Shown piece by piece: positions 28,981 through 39,610 of a DNA stretch of 64,000 nt; the first letter of the stretch is position 1; each line of letters begins with the position of its first letter. The translations under genes were made by a program, and so were the position numbers. The DNA is from an uncultured Desulfobacter sp. Lineage in GTDB: Bacteria > Desulfobacterota > Desulfobacteria > Desulfobacterales > Desulfobacteraceae. The stretch covers positions 800,001 through 864,000 of the forward strand of contig OY762069.1 in NCBI GenBank assembly GCA_963665095.1, in the 5' to 3' direction. The notes beneath the pieces were generated by a model. That model was not told where the DNA came from and made no database searches. It saw only the letters and a list, made by a program, of their open reading frames with translations.

Positions 28981-31900
28981 ATGAAGAAATATTTTAATAT
29001 AAAAATAATAGGTTTGGGCATTGTGATTATTTATGCCCTTTATTTAATGTTAACCGGTCTTGTGGCACCTTATGCCGGAAAACGTATTGCACAGAAATCG
29101 CTAACTGATGTACTGGGACGTAACACACAGATTGGTGCCATTACCTTCAATCCCTTTACCCTGGAAGCCAGGGTGAAAAATTTTAATATCCAAAGCAAGG
29201 TTCAAGGCGAAAATCTGGCCTCAATCCAACTGATCTATGTGAACCTGTCTGCCGCCTCCCTGTTTCATCTTGCCCCGATTATCTCGGGGGTGCAGATAAC
29301 CTCCCCGCATTTCAGCCTTCACCTGAACAAGGATAACACCCTTAACATTTCAGACCTGCTTGGCAAAGACAAAGAGGGGGAAACGGCACCTGAAAAAAAA
29401 AAGACATCCTCTTTGTTTGAATTTAAAGTGGCAAATGTCAAAATCGAAGACGGGGCCCTGATTTTTACCGACCATCTTCATTCTGTCACCCACATTGTGG
29501 AACAGCTCAATCTGGACCTGCCCCTGGTCAGCACCATGAAAAAAGATTTGCCTGTCCCGATTACGGCTGTGCTGAACTGTCTGGTAAATAAAGCCGGGCT
29601 GGAATTGAATCTGTCGGGAACCCCCTTTGATATCAGTCGTAAGATGGCCGTATCCTTGAAAACTCAACCGCTGGATTTGAATCCTCTGGCTGCCTATGTT
29701 GACCTGCCCAGACCTTATAAAATAAAGTCCGCCGGCAACCTGGCCCTGTCCCTGTCCGGAGCGTATGAGATTCCGGCAGGAAAAAATGCAGCTGACCAGA
29801 CGCTGTCAGTCAGCCTGAACACCCAGATTCGCAATATGGACATGGAAAGTGTGGCAGGTGCACCCCTTTTGTCCTGTCCCAGGATTTTAGTGGATGCCTC
29901 GTCAGATAATGTTTTTACAAAAAAATTTCTGGTAAACCAGATAGCACTCGATCACATCTCTTTATTTGTTGAGCGCGATGAACAGGGCCGGATCAACCTG
30001 GTTCCCCAAGGGACGTCCGATAAGACACCCGAATCACCATCGAGCCAGTCAGACAACCCCCAGACAAAAGAAACCCGGATGTCAGTTGCAACAGATGCCT
30101 CCCAAGCAGCAGCCGCCATAGAGGATACCACGGCAATGGCCACTCAGGCAAATGCTGTATCTGAAGCCGAAGCCAATACAATTTCAAACCAAACTGCCGG
30201 TTCAGATGCTGCCCAGACTCAACCGGGTCCAGTCCAAAATCAGGCACAAAATCAGGTCCAGAGCCAGGATCCTAACGCCGCACCGGACCAGAACCCGGAA
30301 CATTCCCCGGCACCGCTGATTTCATTTACATTACCGGTTAGTGTTAAGATCCGTCAGGCTGCGGTGAATGACATGCATATCCGGTTTAATGACAGGGCGG
30401 TTTCCCCTGAGGTTGTCAAGGAGATATCTGATCTTGATGTTATTCTCACAGACGTTGAAATCGGGCCTGAAATCGCCGGAACTCTGGATTTGCATATCCT
30501 GACAGGCGATGCAGAAGAAGTAAAAGCAGCCGCTGGTTTCACCCTTGACAATGCCCTGTCTGTGGACGGCAGCTTTGCCCTGTCAGGGCTTGCCATGGAA
30601 AAATACCGTTCCTATCTGACCGCCTATCTTGGCGACAATATAACCCTTGAAAATCTGGGTACCTCTTTGAATTTCAAGGTGGGTCTCAGTGGGAACAGTC
30701 TGGATGTGAAAGTGACAGACGGCAGCATAACCCTGGATAAATTCAATTTAACAGAGCAGGGGAAAGAGACGCCTGTGGTCCGGTTCGAACAGCTGGGTCT
30801 CTCACAAATATCCTGCGATCTTTCAGGGAAGCAGGCGGGTGTGGGGCTTGTAGCGCTTCGTAACGCTGAGGTACGTATAAGCCGGGACAAATCCGGAACA
30901 ATGGATCTGCTCACGGCCATTGAGCAGGCTGTAAAGAAAAGCGAAAATTCACCGGATCCCGACTCAGCTGAAAAGAGTTCCCATGCCAATGGCAAGAATC
31001 AGGAGAGTGAGGCTGCGTCGTCATCCCCCTGGACAGCTGTTGTGAATAAAACGGTTCTGGAACAGTGCCGGGTCGAGTTTATTGACAATGTTGCCAAGGA
31101 ACCTGTGGATATCATCCTTGCTGATATGGGCGTGACAGTGGAGAACATATCCACTAAAGAGGGTGAGAACGCCAATTTCACAGCGTCTATGACCAATAAG
31201 AACAAAGGCAAGATAAATCTTGACGGCTCCTTTGATATCTCAGGCCCCTCAGCCACGGTGAATGTGGATATTAACCGGATAGATGTGAATACGGCTGAAC
31301 CCTATTTCACCGATTTTTTAAAGATTTCTATATCAAAGGGATATCTGAACACCAAAGGCGCGGTGGCTTTAATTCCGGCCAAAGACAAAGATGCCCCGCC
31401 GACTATCACCTTTAAAGGCAGTGTTTCGCTCAACGATTTTTTATCCAAAAACAAAGTGGATGATACCGAGTTTTTCTCCTGTAAATCCCTTTATGCAGAT
31501 GGCATGGATATTTCTGTTAATCCCATGAAAGTGGCTATCAGGGAGGTGGCGCTGACAGATTTTTACCAGCGGGCCATTCTGAATAATAAAGGAGAGTTGA
31601 ATTTTAAACAGGTCATGGTTGAAAAGCCTGCGGATGATAAAGCCGCTGCCGGTAAAACGGATAAGAACAAAACGGCCTCACAGAAAACGGCTGAGAATGT
31701 GCCTGACATCCGCATTGATTCCATCACGCTGCAGGGGGGGCACATCAATTTTAGCGATTATTTTACCAAGCCTAATTTTACATCCAATATGACCCAGATT
31801 GCCGGCAGCCTGACAGGGCTGTCATCCCGGGGTAAGGAACATGCCAGACTGGCACTTAAAGGCGTCCATGGCGGCCATGCCCCCTTAGATATTACAGGAC

Positions 31901-32883
31901 AGCTGGATCCTTTAAAAAACAGCCAGTTTGTTGATCTGACAGTTTCTTTTAAAAATATAGAACTGCCCCGGTTCAGTGCCTATTCCGGTAAATATCTGGG
32001 ACGGGAAATCCAGAAAGGCAAGCTGATTCTGGATCTGCATTACAATATTGACGGTGATAAGCTCAATTCAAGCAACCGGGCCATTTTTGACCAGCTGACC
32101 CTGGGCAAAAAAGTGGAAAGTGAGAATGCAACATCTTTGCCTTTAGATCTGGCCCTTTCCCTGCTCAAGGATACGAAGGGACAGATTAATCTTGATCTGC
32201 CCATTGATGGGGATATGAGTGACCCGACATTCCATTTCGGGAAGGTTCTGGGTACGGTGTTGAAAAATTTTATTACCAGCGTGGTGACCCAGCCCTTTAA
32301 ATTTTTAGGCGGTCTGGTGGGCATAGGCAGCGGTCAGGATCTGGGGTTTGTGACATTTGATCCCGGTGCTGGCCAGCTTGACCAGACTCAAAAGGAAAAA
32401 CTGGATAAGCTGGCAATGGTACTTAATAAAAAGCCTGGCCTGAAACTTGAAATTCTGGGCCAGTACAACAAGGTTAATGACGCTGAGCAGCTAAGGCAGG
32501 GGAAATACGAAAAACTGATACTGTCCATGGATACAACCGGTTCCCGGGAGGGTGATACCAAACTTGCGGATATACCCGAAGAGGAACGAAACTTTCTGAT
32601 AGAAGCGGCTTATGAGGCAGCCACATTTCTTAAACCACGGGATGAGTCCGGGAACATTAAAGAAGTGAGCCTGACGGAAAAAGAAAAATTATTGGTCACC
32701 AGCATGCCTGTCGATGAAGGGGAACTCAATGATCTGGCCCTTCAGCGGTCCAGCGGAATCATTGAGTATTTAACTGCCACAGGCGGGATTGACACAGGCC
32801 GGCTCTTTGTTACAGATCCGGAAGCGGTTTCAGATGCAGAAGAAAACAGCCGGCAGGTTAAAGCCACTTTTACATTGAAATAG
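28981..32883 (+). CDS. DUF748 / AsmA-like envelope protein with C-terminal OmpA-like region
   Basis: N-terminal TM, FNPFTL, LNISDLL, repeated beta modules, LPLDLALSLLKD..G.INLDLPIDGDMSDPTF. Confidence 0.85.
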   Translation: MKKYFNIKIIGLGIVIIYALYLMLTGLVAPYAGKRIAQKSLTDVLGRNTQIGAITFNPFTLEARVKNFNIQSKVQGENLASIQLIYVNLSAASLFHLAPIISGVQITSPHFSLHLNKDNTLNISDLLGKDKEGETAPEKKKTSSLFEFKVANVKIEDGALIFTDHLHSVTHIVEQLNLDLPLVSTMKKDLPVPITAVLNCLVNKAGLELNLSGTPFDISRKMAVSLKTQPLDLNPLAAYVDLPRPYKIKSAGNLALSLSGAYEIPAGKNAADQTLSVSLNTQIRNMDMESVAGAPLLSCPRILVDASSDNVFTKKFLVNQIALDHISLFVERDEQGRINLVPQGTSDKTPESPSSQSDNPQTKETRMSVATDASQAAAAIEDTTAMATQANAVSEAEANTISNQTAGSDAAQTQPGPVQNQAQNQVQSQDPNAAPDQNPEHSPAPLISFTLPVSVKIRQAAVNDMHIRFNDRAVSPEVVKEISDLDVILTDVEIGPEIAGTLDLHILTGDAEEVKAAAGFTLDNALSVDGSFALSGLAMEKYRSYLTAYLGDNITLENLGTSLNFKVGLSGNSLDVKVTDGSITLDKFNLTEQGKETPVVRFEQLGLSQISCDLSGKQAGVGLVALRNAEVRISRDKSGTMDLLTAIEQAVKKSENSPDPDSAEKSSHANGKNQESEAASSSPWTAVVNKTVLEQCRVEFIDNVAKEPVDIILADMGVTVENISTKEGENANFTASMTNKNKGKINLDGSFDISGPSATVNVDINRIDVNTAEPYFTDFLKISISKGYLNTKGAVALIPAKDKDAPPTITFKGSVSLNDFLSKNKVDDTEFFSCKSLYADGMDISVNPMKVAIREVALTDFYQRAILNNKGELNFKQVMVEKPADDKAAAGKTDKNKTASQKTAENVPDIRIDSITLQGGHINFSDYFTKPNFTSNMTQIAGSLTGLSSRGKEHARLALKGVHGGHAPLDITGQLDPLKNSQFVDLTVSFKNIELPRFSAYSGKYLGREIQKGKLILDLHYNIDGDKLNSSNRAIFDQLTLGKKVESENATSLPLDLALSLLKDTKGQINLDLPIDGDMSDPTFHFGKVLGTVLKNFITSVVTQPFKFLGGLVGIGSGQDLGFVTFDPGAGQLDQTQKEKLDKLAMVLNKKPGLKLEILGQYNKVNDAEQLRQGKYEKLILSMDTTGSREGDTKLADIPEEERNFLIEAAYEAATFLKPRDESGNIKEVSLTEKEKLLVTSMPVDEGELNDLALQRSSGIIEYLTATGGIDTGRLFVTDPEAVSDAEENSRQVKATFTLK

Positions 32884-32913
32884 ACGGGTAACTTGAGGTT
32901 AATGAAGATAATG

Positions 32914-32952
32914 CAATGGGCACCCGAGGAATTGGGGTGCCCATTGATTTTT
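32914..32952 (+). terminator. Intrinsic terminator
   Basis: CAATGGGCACCC-loop-GGGTGCCCATTG perfect 12-bp stem followed by ATTTTT. Confidence 0.8.
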
Positions 32953-33009
32953 AAAGATGTGTGATTCTAAGAATCTGGAGCCGTGACAAATCCTGTGGCC
33001 TTTGAGCCC

Positions 33010-34545
33010 CTAAACTTCCTGAATATCGTCACCCTGCATATCCGCATCTCCCGGCTCAATTTCAGACAGGCGTCTGCAGGGCAGCTTCAGTGTGACAGTG
33101 GTACCTTTGTTCTGGGCTGTGGTGACTGAAATATCTCCCTCACAGCTCAGCGCCACGCTTTTTGCAAAAGAGAGTCCTAATCCCTTTTTCTTTTCAGACC
33201 AGCCTGAGTAATAGGGAGTGAAAATCTGGGATACCTGATTTTGCGGCATTCCTATTCCGGCATCTGTTATGTGAACATATAGATTGGCAGCCTCATAACG
33301 GGTCACAATGAAAATATTGCCATTGGGTTCAATGGCGTGGACGGAATTTTCAATAATCGCCTCAATGGCTTCGGTCAGGTTCTGGCGCGGCATGGGAACA
33401 ATGGGTGTGGATTGAAGATCATACTGGACAATGGCATCTTTTTCCTTGCCAGGTTTCTTTTGGCGTATCGTCTCTATAATCTGATTAATATCTATGGTTT
33501 CATAGATTTCATCATTGATGGCAATGAACCGTTTCACATCGCTGACGGCAATGGACATTTTTTCGCAATCAATAATGGCATTGTCTATAATTTCAGGGTA
33601 ACGCTGGGTAATGCTTTCAAAGTCCATTTCCTGTTTAAGTGTTCTAATATCTTCAATGCATGTGCGGGCTTTATCAACGACGCCCTGGGCATCGCCCTGT
33701 TCTGCTATGTCCTCTTCCAGAACGTCATATTTCTCTAAAAGCGTTTTAATCTGCAACCGGTGATCGCTCATCAGATGCAGATAGGTATCAAGGGCGGTAT
33801 TGGATTTGTCGAAAACCTCCAGGGCCAGGGTGGAAACATCTGAGACAATGGCGGCTTTCTGGGTGGTAAACAACTGTCTTTCAACCTGCTCAAGGGCGGT
33901 TAAAGCCTCTTTGATTCGTTTTGTTTTGGATTCAATCAGACGTTCAAGGGTTTTATTGTATTTGGTCAGGTTGGATTCTGCAACGATACGCCGTGCGATT
34001 TCATCGTTCAGCCGGATGTTTTTGCTGTTGATCTCTCTGTTTTTATCATCAAGTTCGCACAGATGCATGTAGGAACGCAATGCAGTGGTAATGCTCGTAT
34101 AAAGCTTCTGGTCTGTCAGTTCGGTTTTTTGTTTGTAATCATTTATATCATAATTAAGAATGACATCCTTTTCAGGTGCCTGGCCCGGCTGGCCGGTACG
34201 AAGGATAATGCGAATTTTTTTATTGAACAGCTCCTCCCGGATGTATCTGGCCAGTTCAAGACCGGCATGATTGGTCTCCATGACAACATCAAGCAGGCAG
34301 CAGGCAATATCTTCTTCCTGCAGAAGAATGTCCCTGGCTTCCTGACCTGTAAAGGCTGATATAAATTCAAGGCCTTTGTCCATGTACCGGTATCCGTCAA
34401 GCACCAGTTTGGTCATGGAATGGATCTCCTGTTCATCATCCACAATGAGCAGTTTATATTTCTCCTGATCTTCTTCCGGGGTGCTTTCTGTTATTTCTTC
34501 TTCCGTGGCAAAACACAGAGTATCGTCATCTAGGATATCATTCAT
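33010..34545 (-). CDS. Receiver-domain / histidine kinase-like hybrid
   Basis: REC (IVDDE, LLDVVME, LRTGQPG, DYKQK) plus HATPase (ENSVHAI, DAGIGM, GLGLS); H-box appears degenerate. Confidence 0.85.
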   Translation of the reverse strand: MNDILDDDTLCFATEEEITESTPEEDQEKYKLLIVDDEQEIHSMTKLVLDGYRYMDKGLEFISAFTGQEARDILLQEEDIACCLLDVVMETNHAGLELARYIREELFNKKIRIILRTGQPGQAPEKDVILNYDINDYKQKTELTDQKLYTSITTALRSYMHLCELDDKNREINSKNIRLNDEIARRIVAESNLTKYNKTLERLIESKTKRIKEALTALEQVERQLFTTQKAAIVSDVSTLALEVFDKSNTALDTYLHLMSDHRLQIKTLLEKYDVLEEDIAEQGDAQGVVDKARTCIEDIRTLKQEMDFESITQRYPEIIDNAIIDCEKMSIAVSDVKRFIAINDEIYETIDINQIIETIRQKKPGKEKDAIVQYDLQSTPIVPMPRQNLTEAIEAIIENSVHAIEPNGNIFIVTRYEAANLYVHITDAGIGMPQNQVSQIFTPYYSGWSEKKKGLGLSFAKSVALSCEGDISVTTAQNKGTTVTLKLPCRRLSEIEPGDADMQGDDIQEV

Positions 34546-35012
34546 AACATCTCCGAAAAAGGCGAAAAAGAGGTTTTTTTATACGAAACGCATACATCGT
34601 ATTAGATTTGTAAAGCATTGTCAATTCACTAATGTACTAAAATTGACTCCTCCTGCTGGGCAGGTATCCTTTGTCAATAGAATACAGCAATGGCCAAAAC
34701 CTTGTATCGTCTTTCATCATCGTTATTTAAGCTGACTTTGATCTTATCACTGGACTGTTTATATTTTTACATGCTTATGGACAACTATAGCCTAATGAAC
34801 CGGACATGAAAAGTATTTTTATGATTGTGTTTCAGGTTGTTGCTGTTTTTATTTATAGCCGGGCCTGAGCACATGGTTTAATCTTAACGTATTGTCTGAA
34901 AACATTTGCGAAAACCGCCTGCCGGGTAGAATGAAATAATCATTGCCTTAAATTTAACAAGTCAGGTATAGTCACTTCCAAAGTAATCCATTTATAATTT
35001 GGAGGAGGAACA

Positions 35013-35666
35013 ATGGCAAATCCGATTGATAATTACTGGCAGCTTAAGTTGGAGGCAGTAAAGGAAAGTCTGGAGAAAAATAATTTTGAAGTTCATATCG
35101 CCGATGATGCTTCCAAAGCCAAAGATCTGGCACTGGAAACCATTATTCCTCCCCTGGGGGCAAAGAGCGTTTCCTGGGGAGGATCCATGTCGTTTATTGC
35201 CACCGGCCTTTTTCATGCCCTGAAAGATAATCCTGCCTTTGAAGTGCTCAATACCTTTAACAAAAAGCTGTCTGCGGAAGAGATGTATGATGTGCGGCGA
35301 AAATCGCTGATGACGGACCTGTTTATCACCGGGACCAACGCAATTACAGAAGCCGGTCAGCTTGTGAATCTGGACATGGTGGGCAACCGGGTGGCCGCCA
35401 TTATGTGGGGACCAAAAAATGTCCTGCTGATTGTAGGCCGCAATAAAATCTGCGCTGATCTCGAAGACGCCATGTTTCGGGTTAAAAATTATGCCGCACC
35501 AGTGAACTGCATGAATCTTGACAAGAAAACGCCCTGTGCAAAGGCCGGGTTCTGCCATGACTGCTCAAGTCCTGATAGAATATGTAATTACTGGACCATT
35601 ACGGAAAAATCCTTCACCAAAGGCCGGATCAAAATTATTCTGGTTAATGAGGATTTGGGGTTCTAG
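35013..35666 (+). CDS. LUD domain (lactate utilization LutC-like) protein
   Basis: GGSMS, FITGTNAIT..GQLVNLD..GNRVAA, GRNKI, TPC...G.CHDC.SP.RICN. Confidence 0.88.
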   Translation: MANPIDNYWQLKLEAVKESLEKNNFEVHIADDASKAKDLALETIIPPLGAKSVSWGGSMSFIATGLFHALKDNPAFEVLNTFNKKLSAEEMYDVRRKSLMTDLFITGTNAITEAGQLVNLDMVGNRVAAIMWGPKNVLLIVGRNKICADLEDAMFRVKNYAAPVNCMNLDKKTPCAKAGFCHDCSSPDRICNYWTITEKSFTKGRIKIILVNEDLGF

Positions 35667-35777
35667 AAAATAAATCGGTTTTTTTTTGCTTTCTGCCGGT
35701 CTGCTGCGCACAGGCCGCGGATCAGATGTCTGGCGGGTGGCAGGGCCGGAAAATTCAGCAATATCCGCAGGTTTAGA

Positions 35778-36059
35778 TTAGAACCGTACGTCAAAATCAG
35801 TAACCGCCGGATCCACCGGTACGGTTTTGGTGGTGACCTGGTCCACCCGGGAGAAGGTAGCGCCTTTTCGGCACCACGCTACCATTGCCCGGGTCTTTTC
35901 CTGTGTTCCCTGGAACAAGGCCTGTACAGATCCGTCAGACATGTTTCTGACATATCCCGATACCCCGCAGTCCCGGGCGGCAAGGCGGGTTTCATGCCGG
36001 AAACAGACCCCTTGAACCCTGCCGGTGATAGTGACGTGAATGGCACAAAGATCAGTCAC
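35778..36059 (-). CDS. acyP: Acylphosphatase (internal GTG start within dinB frame)
   Basis: ITGRVQGVCFR, GYVRNMSDGSV motifs; AGGAG 8 nt upstream of in-frame GTG at 36059. Confidence 0.8.
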   Translation of the reverse strand: MTDLCAIHVTITGRVQGVCFRHETRLAARDCGVSGYVRNMSDGSVQALFQGTQEKTRAMVAWCRKGATFSRVDQVTTKTVPVDPAVTDFDVRF

Positions 36060-37250
36060 TTTCTGGTCTCCTATGTATTTGGGTGAATCAATGGGAAAAT
36101 CTAAACTTGCCTTTTTTAATGCCTGAATTCCGAATTTGGCCTGCACAGCATCCATGGCCCGGTCCACGGCACTCCACTGATCATAAGCCTTATTTCCGGG
36201 ATCTTCAAATAAAGACAGTTGTACAGGCCGGCCCGGATCCTGAAGGTCTGATACACCCACCCCGACCAGGCGGATCTTTTTTTTCACGGTTACTTGGTTG
36301 AACAGGTCCATGGCATGGTCAAAGATAGCATTAGACGATGAGACCGGTTCCCCAAGGGTTTTTCCCCGGGTAATCTGTGAGAAATCAGAAAATTTCAGTT
36401 TGATATTCACCTTGCGGCATACTTTGTTTTTGGCACGAAGCTGTCGGCCCACCCTCTGGGCCTGGGCAAGAATTAAAGGCTTTACCTCAGTGGAATCAAA
36501 GATATCTTTTGACAGTGTCACTTCTGCAGAAATGGATTTCCGGATGCTCTCGGGTTCCACCGGGGTCAGGTCAATGCCCCTGGCAAGCTGTGAAAGCCGT
36601 TGCCCGAACTTGCCGAATTTATGTTCAAGAAGGCGGGAATCAAATTTTTTTACATCTCCCAGGGTCTCGATGTTAAGAACCTCCATCTGTTTCATGGCCC
36701 GGGTGCCCACTCCCGGAACTTTACTGATGGGAAGAAAGTCAATGACTTTTTGCATCTCCGCTTGGTGAATGATGGTCAATCCGTCCGGTTTCTGCATGTC
36801 TGATGCAATTTTCGCCATAAACCGGACCGGTGCCCCGCCAATGGAGCAGGTTAACGACAACTGCCGGAAGATGGTCTCTTTGATTTTGACTGCCACCTGT
36901 TCCGGTGTGCCGAGAAGTTTTTCACAGCCTGTGATGTCCAGGAAGGCCTCATCAATGGAAACCGGTTCCACCAGCGGAGAGAATTGCCCCAGAATGGCCA
37001 TGATTTTTCGTGAATCCCCGGCGTATTTCTCCCGGCTTCCCGGCTGGATAATCAGATCCGGGCATCTCTGCAACGCCTGGAATACGGGCATGGCAGAGTG
37101 GATGCCAAACCGACGGGCTTCATAACTTGCTGCAGACACCACGCTGCGGCTGGAGTGTCCCGCCACAATAACAGGCTTACCCTTAAGTGCGGGATTATCC
37201 CTTTGTTCCACCGATGCAAAAAATGCATCCATGTCCACATGGAGAATCAT
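35778..37250 (-). CDS. dinB: DNA polymerase IV, in-frame fused to C-terminal acylphosphatase
   Basis: ILHVDMDAFFASVE, SYEARRFGIHSAMP, SIDEAFLD, KPDG, QLSLF clamp motif; last 93 aa are AcyP. Confidence 0.92.
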   Translation of the reverse strand: MILHVDMDAFFASVEQRDNPALKGKPVIVAGHSSRSVVSAASYEARRFGIHSAMPVFQALQRCPDLIIQPGSREKYAGDSRKIMAILGQFSPLVEPVSIDEAFLDITGCEKLLGTPEQVAVKIKETIFRQLSLTCSIGGAPVRFMAKIASDMQKPDGLTIIHQAEMQKVIDFLPISKVPGVGTRAMKQMEVLNIETLGDVKKFDSRLLEHKFGKFGQRLSQLARGIDLTPVEPESIRKSISAEVTLSKDIFDSTEVKPLILAQAQRVGRQLRAKNKVCRKVNIKLKFSDFSQITRGKTLGEPVSSSNAIFDHAMDLFNQVTVKKKIRLVGVGVSDLQDPGRPVQLSLFEDPGNKAYDQWSAVDRAMDAVQAKFGIQALKKASLDFPIDSPKYIGDQKVTDLCAIHVTITGRVQGVCFRHETRLAARDCGVSGYVRNMSDGSVQALFQGTQEKTRAMVAWCRKGATFSRVDQVTTKTVPVDPAVTDFDVRF

Positions 37251-37492
37251 GCTTTAAGATGCCATGGCTCCTTTTGCCTTATTTTTTTTGTTTTCTGCCA
37301 GCAGAATTCTTTCTGCGCGTATCGTGCACGCTAAAACAGATCTAAACAGGGCCGCTGTATTATCGAAGCTGATGCTATCCTATCCGTATTAACGGGTCAA
37401 GAACATTGGAGATAGCAAACAAAGCAACCATATTTATATAATAGATACAGTTTGTGTTCAAATTCAGTCTTGTCCGGTCAGTAAATCCTTTC

Positions 37493-37520
37493 TTGACAAA
37501 AACAGCCATGCGTATAAATT
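37493..37520 (+). promoter_or_regulatory. Candidate sigma70 promoter upstream of ABC substrate-binding gene
   Basis: TTGACA (37493-37498), 16 nt, TAAATT. Confidence 0.4.
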
Positions 37521-37771
37521 AAAAACTTGTTTTTAGATGGCATTTACATGCCGGAACGATGCTCTTGAGTGTCACAACAGCCAGGGCCAGGGGATTTAGA
37601 GGACAAACGGCCGGCCTGTGATGGTTCTTGCAGGGTCTATGCTTCCTGCCCCGGGGAGAGGATCGATCTCATAGGTACAAGCAGGGGTAAATAAGGAAAC
37701 ATCAAATTCTAAGTCTGTTTATAAAAACAGCGGCATCCGCTGTCCGGAAATTTCGTTTTGCCTGCTGCCTG

Positions 37772-39610
37772 GTGCTTTTTTTACTCTGTGCCGGGTGCAG
37801 CAGAGATGGCGCTGACTCTAAAGCTCCTGCTGATCCACCTTCCAATGCAGGGTTGCCGGACGTTGTTTATGAAAAGCTGCCGGAAAATATCACCTGGCTG
37901 ACCAATGATGAAGACCCGGTATTTTCATCCCCCCATGCCCAAAAAGGCGGGATGGTCAGGGAAGCCATCATGAATTTCCCCATGACCTTCCGGGTGGTGG
38001 GCCCTGATTCCAACGGGTCTTTCAGAAGTGCGATTCTGGATAACCAGCTCTCTTTGATCAATATCCATCCGGTGACCCGAAAAATTGTTCCGGAACTTGC
38101 AACCCACTGGGCATATGCTCCGGATAAAAAGACCATGTATTTCAGGCTGGACAAAGATGCCAGATGGTCAGACGGGGTACCGGTAACTGCCAGGGATTAT
38201 ATTTATACCCTGACATTCATGCGCTCCGAAAATATTGTGGCACCCTGGTACAACGACTATTATACAAAGGAGATTGAATCGGTTACGGCATTTGATGATT
38301 ACACCATTGCTGTGAAAAGCACCAAATCTGTGCCGGATCTTTATCTCAAGCTTGGCATCTCTCCTGTGCCTGAACATTTTTATAAAGACCTGGGGGCTGA
38401 TTTTGTATCAAGATTTAACTGGGCAATTGTTCCAAATACAGGGGCGTACCAGATTCGTGACTTTAAAAAGGGGCGGTTTATCCGGTTTGTCCGAAAAAAG
38501 AACTGGTGGGGCAGGGAGAAGCGGTTTTTTAAAAACCGGTTTAATGTGGATACGGTCCTTTTTACGGTGATCCGGGATTTCAACATGCAGTGGGAATATT
38601 TTAAGAAAGGCCGCCTGGATTCTTTTGGTATTATCCTGCCCAAATTCTGGTATCAGAAATCCAACACCCCGGTAATAAATAATGGATATGTGGAGCGGAT
38701 CTGGTTCTTTAATGATCTGCCCCAGCCGTCCCGGGGGCTGTGGCTGAATCTGGACTGTCCGATATTCAAGGATGTCCGGGTTCGTCTGGCCTTTGCCCAT
38801 GCCATGAATATGGACAAGGTGATTCAAAAGGTCCTCAGGGGCGATTACTACCGGCTGCCCCAGGCGTTTTACGGGTATGGGAAATATACCGATTACACCA
38901 TTCAACCCAAAAGGTTCGATATTTCAAAGGTTGAAGCACTGATGACCGGGGCCGGCTGGCACCGGGGAACAGACGGGGTCTGGTGCCAGGCGGATATGCG
39001 GTTTTCCGTGGTTGTAACCTATTATCTGGAAGAGCATATGCCAAGACTTGCGGTGCTAAAGGAAGAGGCGCTTAAAGCCGGGCTTGAGTTGACGCTTGAA
39101 CGGCTGGACCCCACGGCCATGTTCAAAAAGACCCTTGAGAAAAAACATGAAGCTGCCTGGATGGGGTGGAGTACCGGCATGCGGCCCTCCTACTGGCAGG
39201 GGTGGCATTCGGACAACGCCCACAAACCCCAGACCAATAATATTACCAATACAGATGATCCTGAATTGGATCAACTCATTGACCAGTACCGGGACAGCCT
39301 GGATGAACAGGAACGCATTGGGCTTTCTTTAAAGATCCAGAACAAGATCCAGGAAGTCTGTGCCTATGTGCCATCATATATGGTGCCCTATGTGCGTATG
39401 GCTTACTGGCGCTGGATGCGGTTGCCGAAATTTCACGGCACGCCAATGTCCGACGGGGTGTTCGACCCTTTTGCCGCCGGCACGGGCGGGCTTTTCTGGA
39501 TTGATGAAAAGATACGGCAGGAGACACTTGCGGCCATGGGGCAGGGCAGAACCTTTGCGCCGGTAACGATTATTGATGACAAATATAAAAGGGGTCTCCC
39601 TGAAAAATGA
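37772..39610 (+). CDS. ABC transporter family-5 extracellular solute-binding lipoprotein (YejA/OppA-like)
   Basis: Lipobox LCAGC, AQKGG, ARWSDGVPVTA, TGAY, FKDVRVRLAFAHA. Start uncertain. Confidence 0.88.
   Translation: MLFLLCAGCSRDGADSKAPADPPSNAGLPDVVYEKLPENITWLTNDEDPVFSSPHAQKGGMVREAIMNFPMTFRVVGPDSNGSFRSAILDNQLSLINIHPVTRKIVPELATHWAYAPDKKTMYFRLDKDARWSDGVPVTARDYIYTLTFMRSENIVAPWYNDYYTKEIESVTAFDDYTIAVKSTKSVPDLYLKLGISPVPEHFYKDLGADFVSRFNWAIVPNTGAYQIRDFKKGRFIRFVRKKNWWGREKRFFKNRFNVDTVLFTVIRDFNMQWEYFKKGRLDSFGIILPKFWYQKSNTPVINNGYVERIWFFNDLPQPSRGLWLNLDCPIFKDVRVRLAFAHAMNMDKVIQKVLRGDYYRLPQAFYGYGKYTDYTIQPKRFDISKVEALMTGAGWHRGTDGVWCQADMRFSVVVTYYLEEHMPRLAVLKEEALKAGLELTLERLDPTAMFKKTLEKKHEAAWMGWSTGMRPSYWQGWHSDNAHKPQTNNITNTDDPELDQLIDQYRDSLDEQERIGLSLKIQNKIQEVCAYVPSYMVPYVRMAYWRWMRLPKFHGTPMSDGVFDPFAAGTGGLFWIDEKIRQETLAAMGQGRTFAPVTIIDDKYKRGLPEK

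Noticed and set aside
37380..37480. LexA/SOS box upstream of dinB
   Set aside because: GTTC/GAAC half-sites are present but do not form a convincing spaced palindrome.
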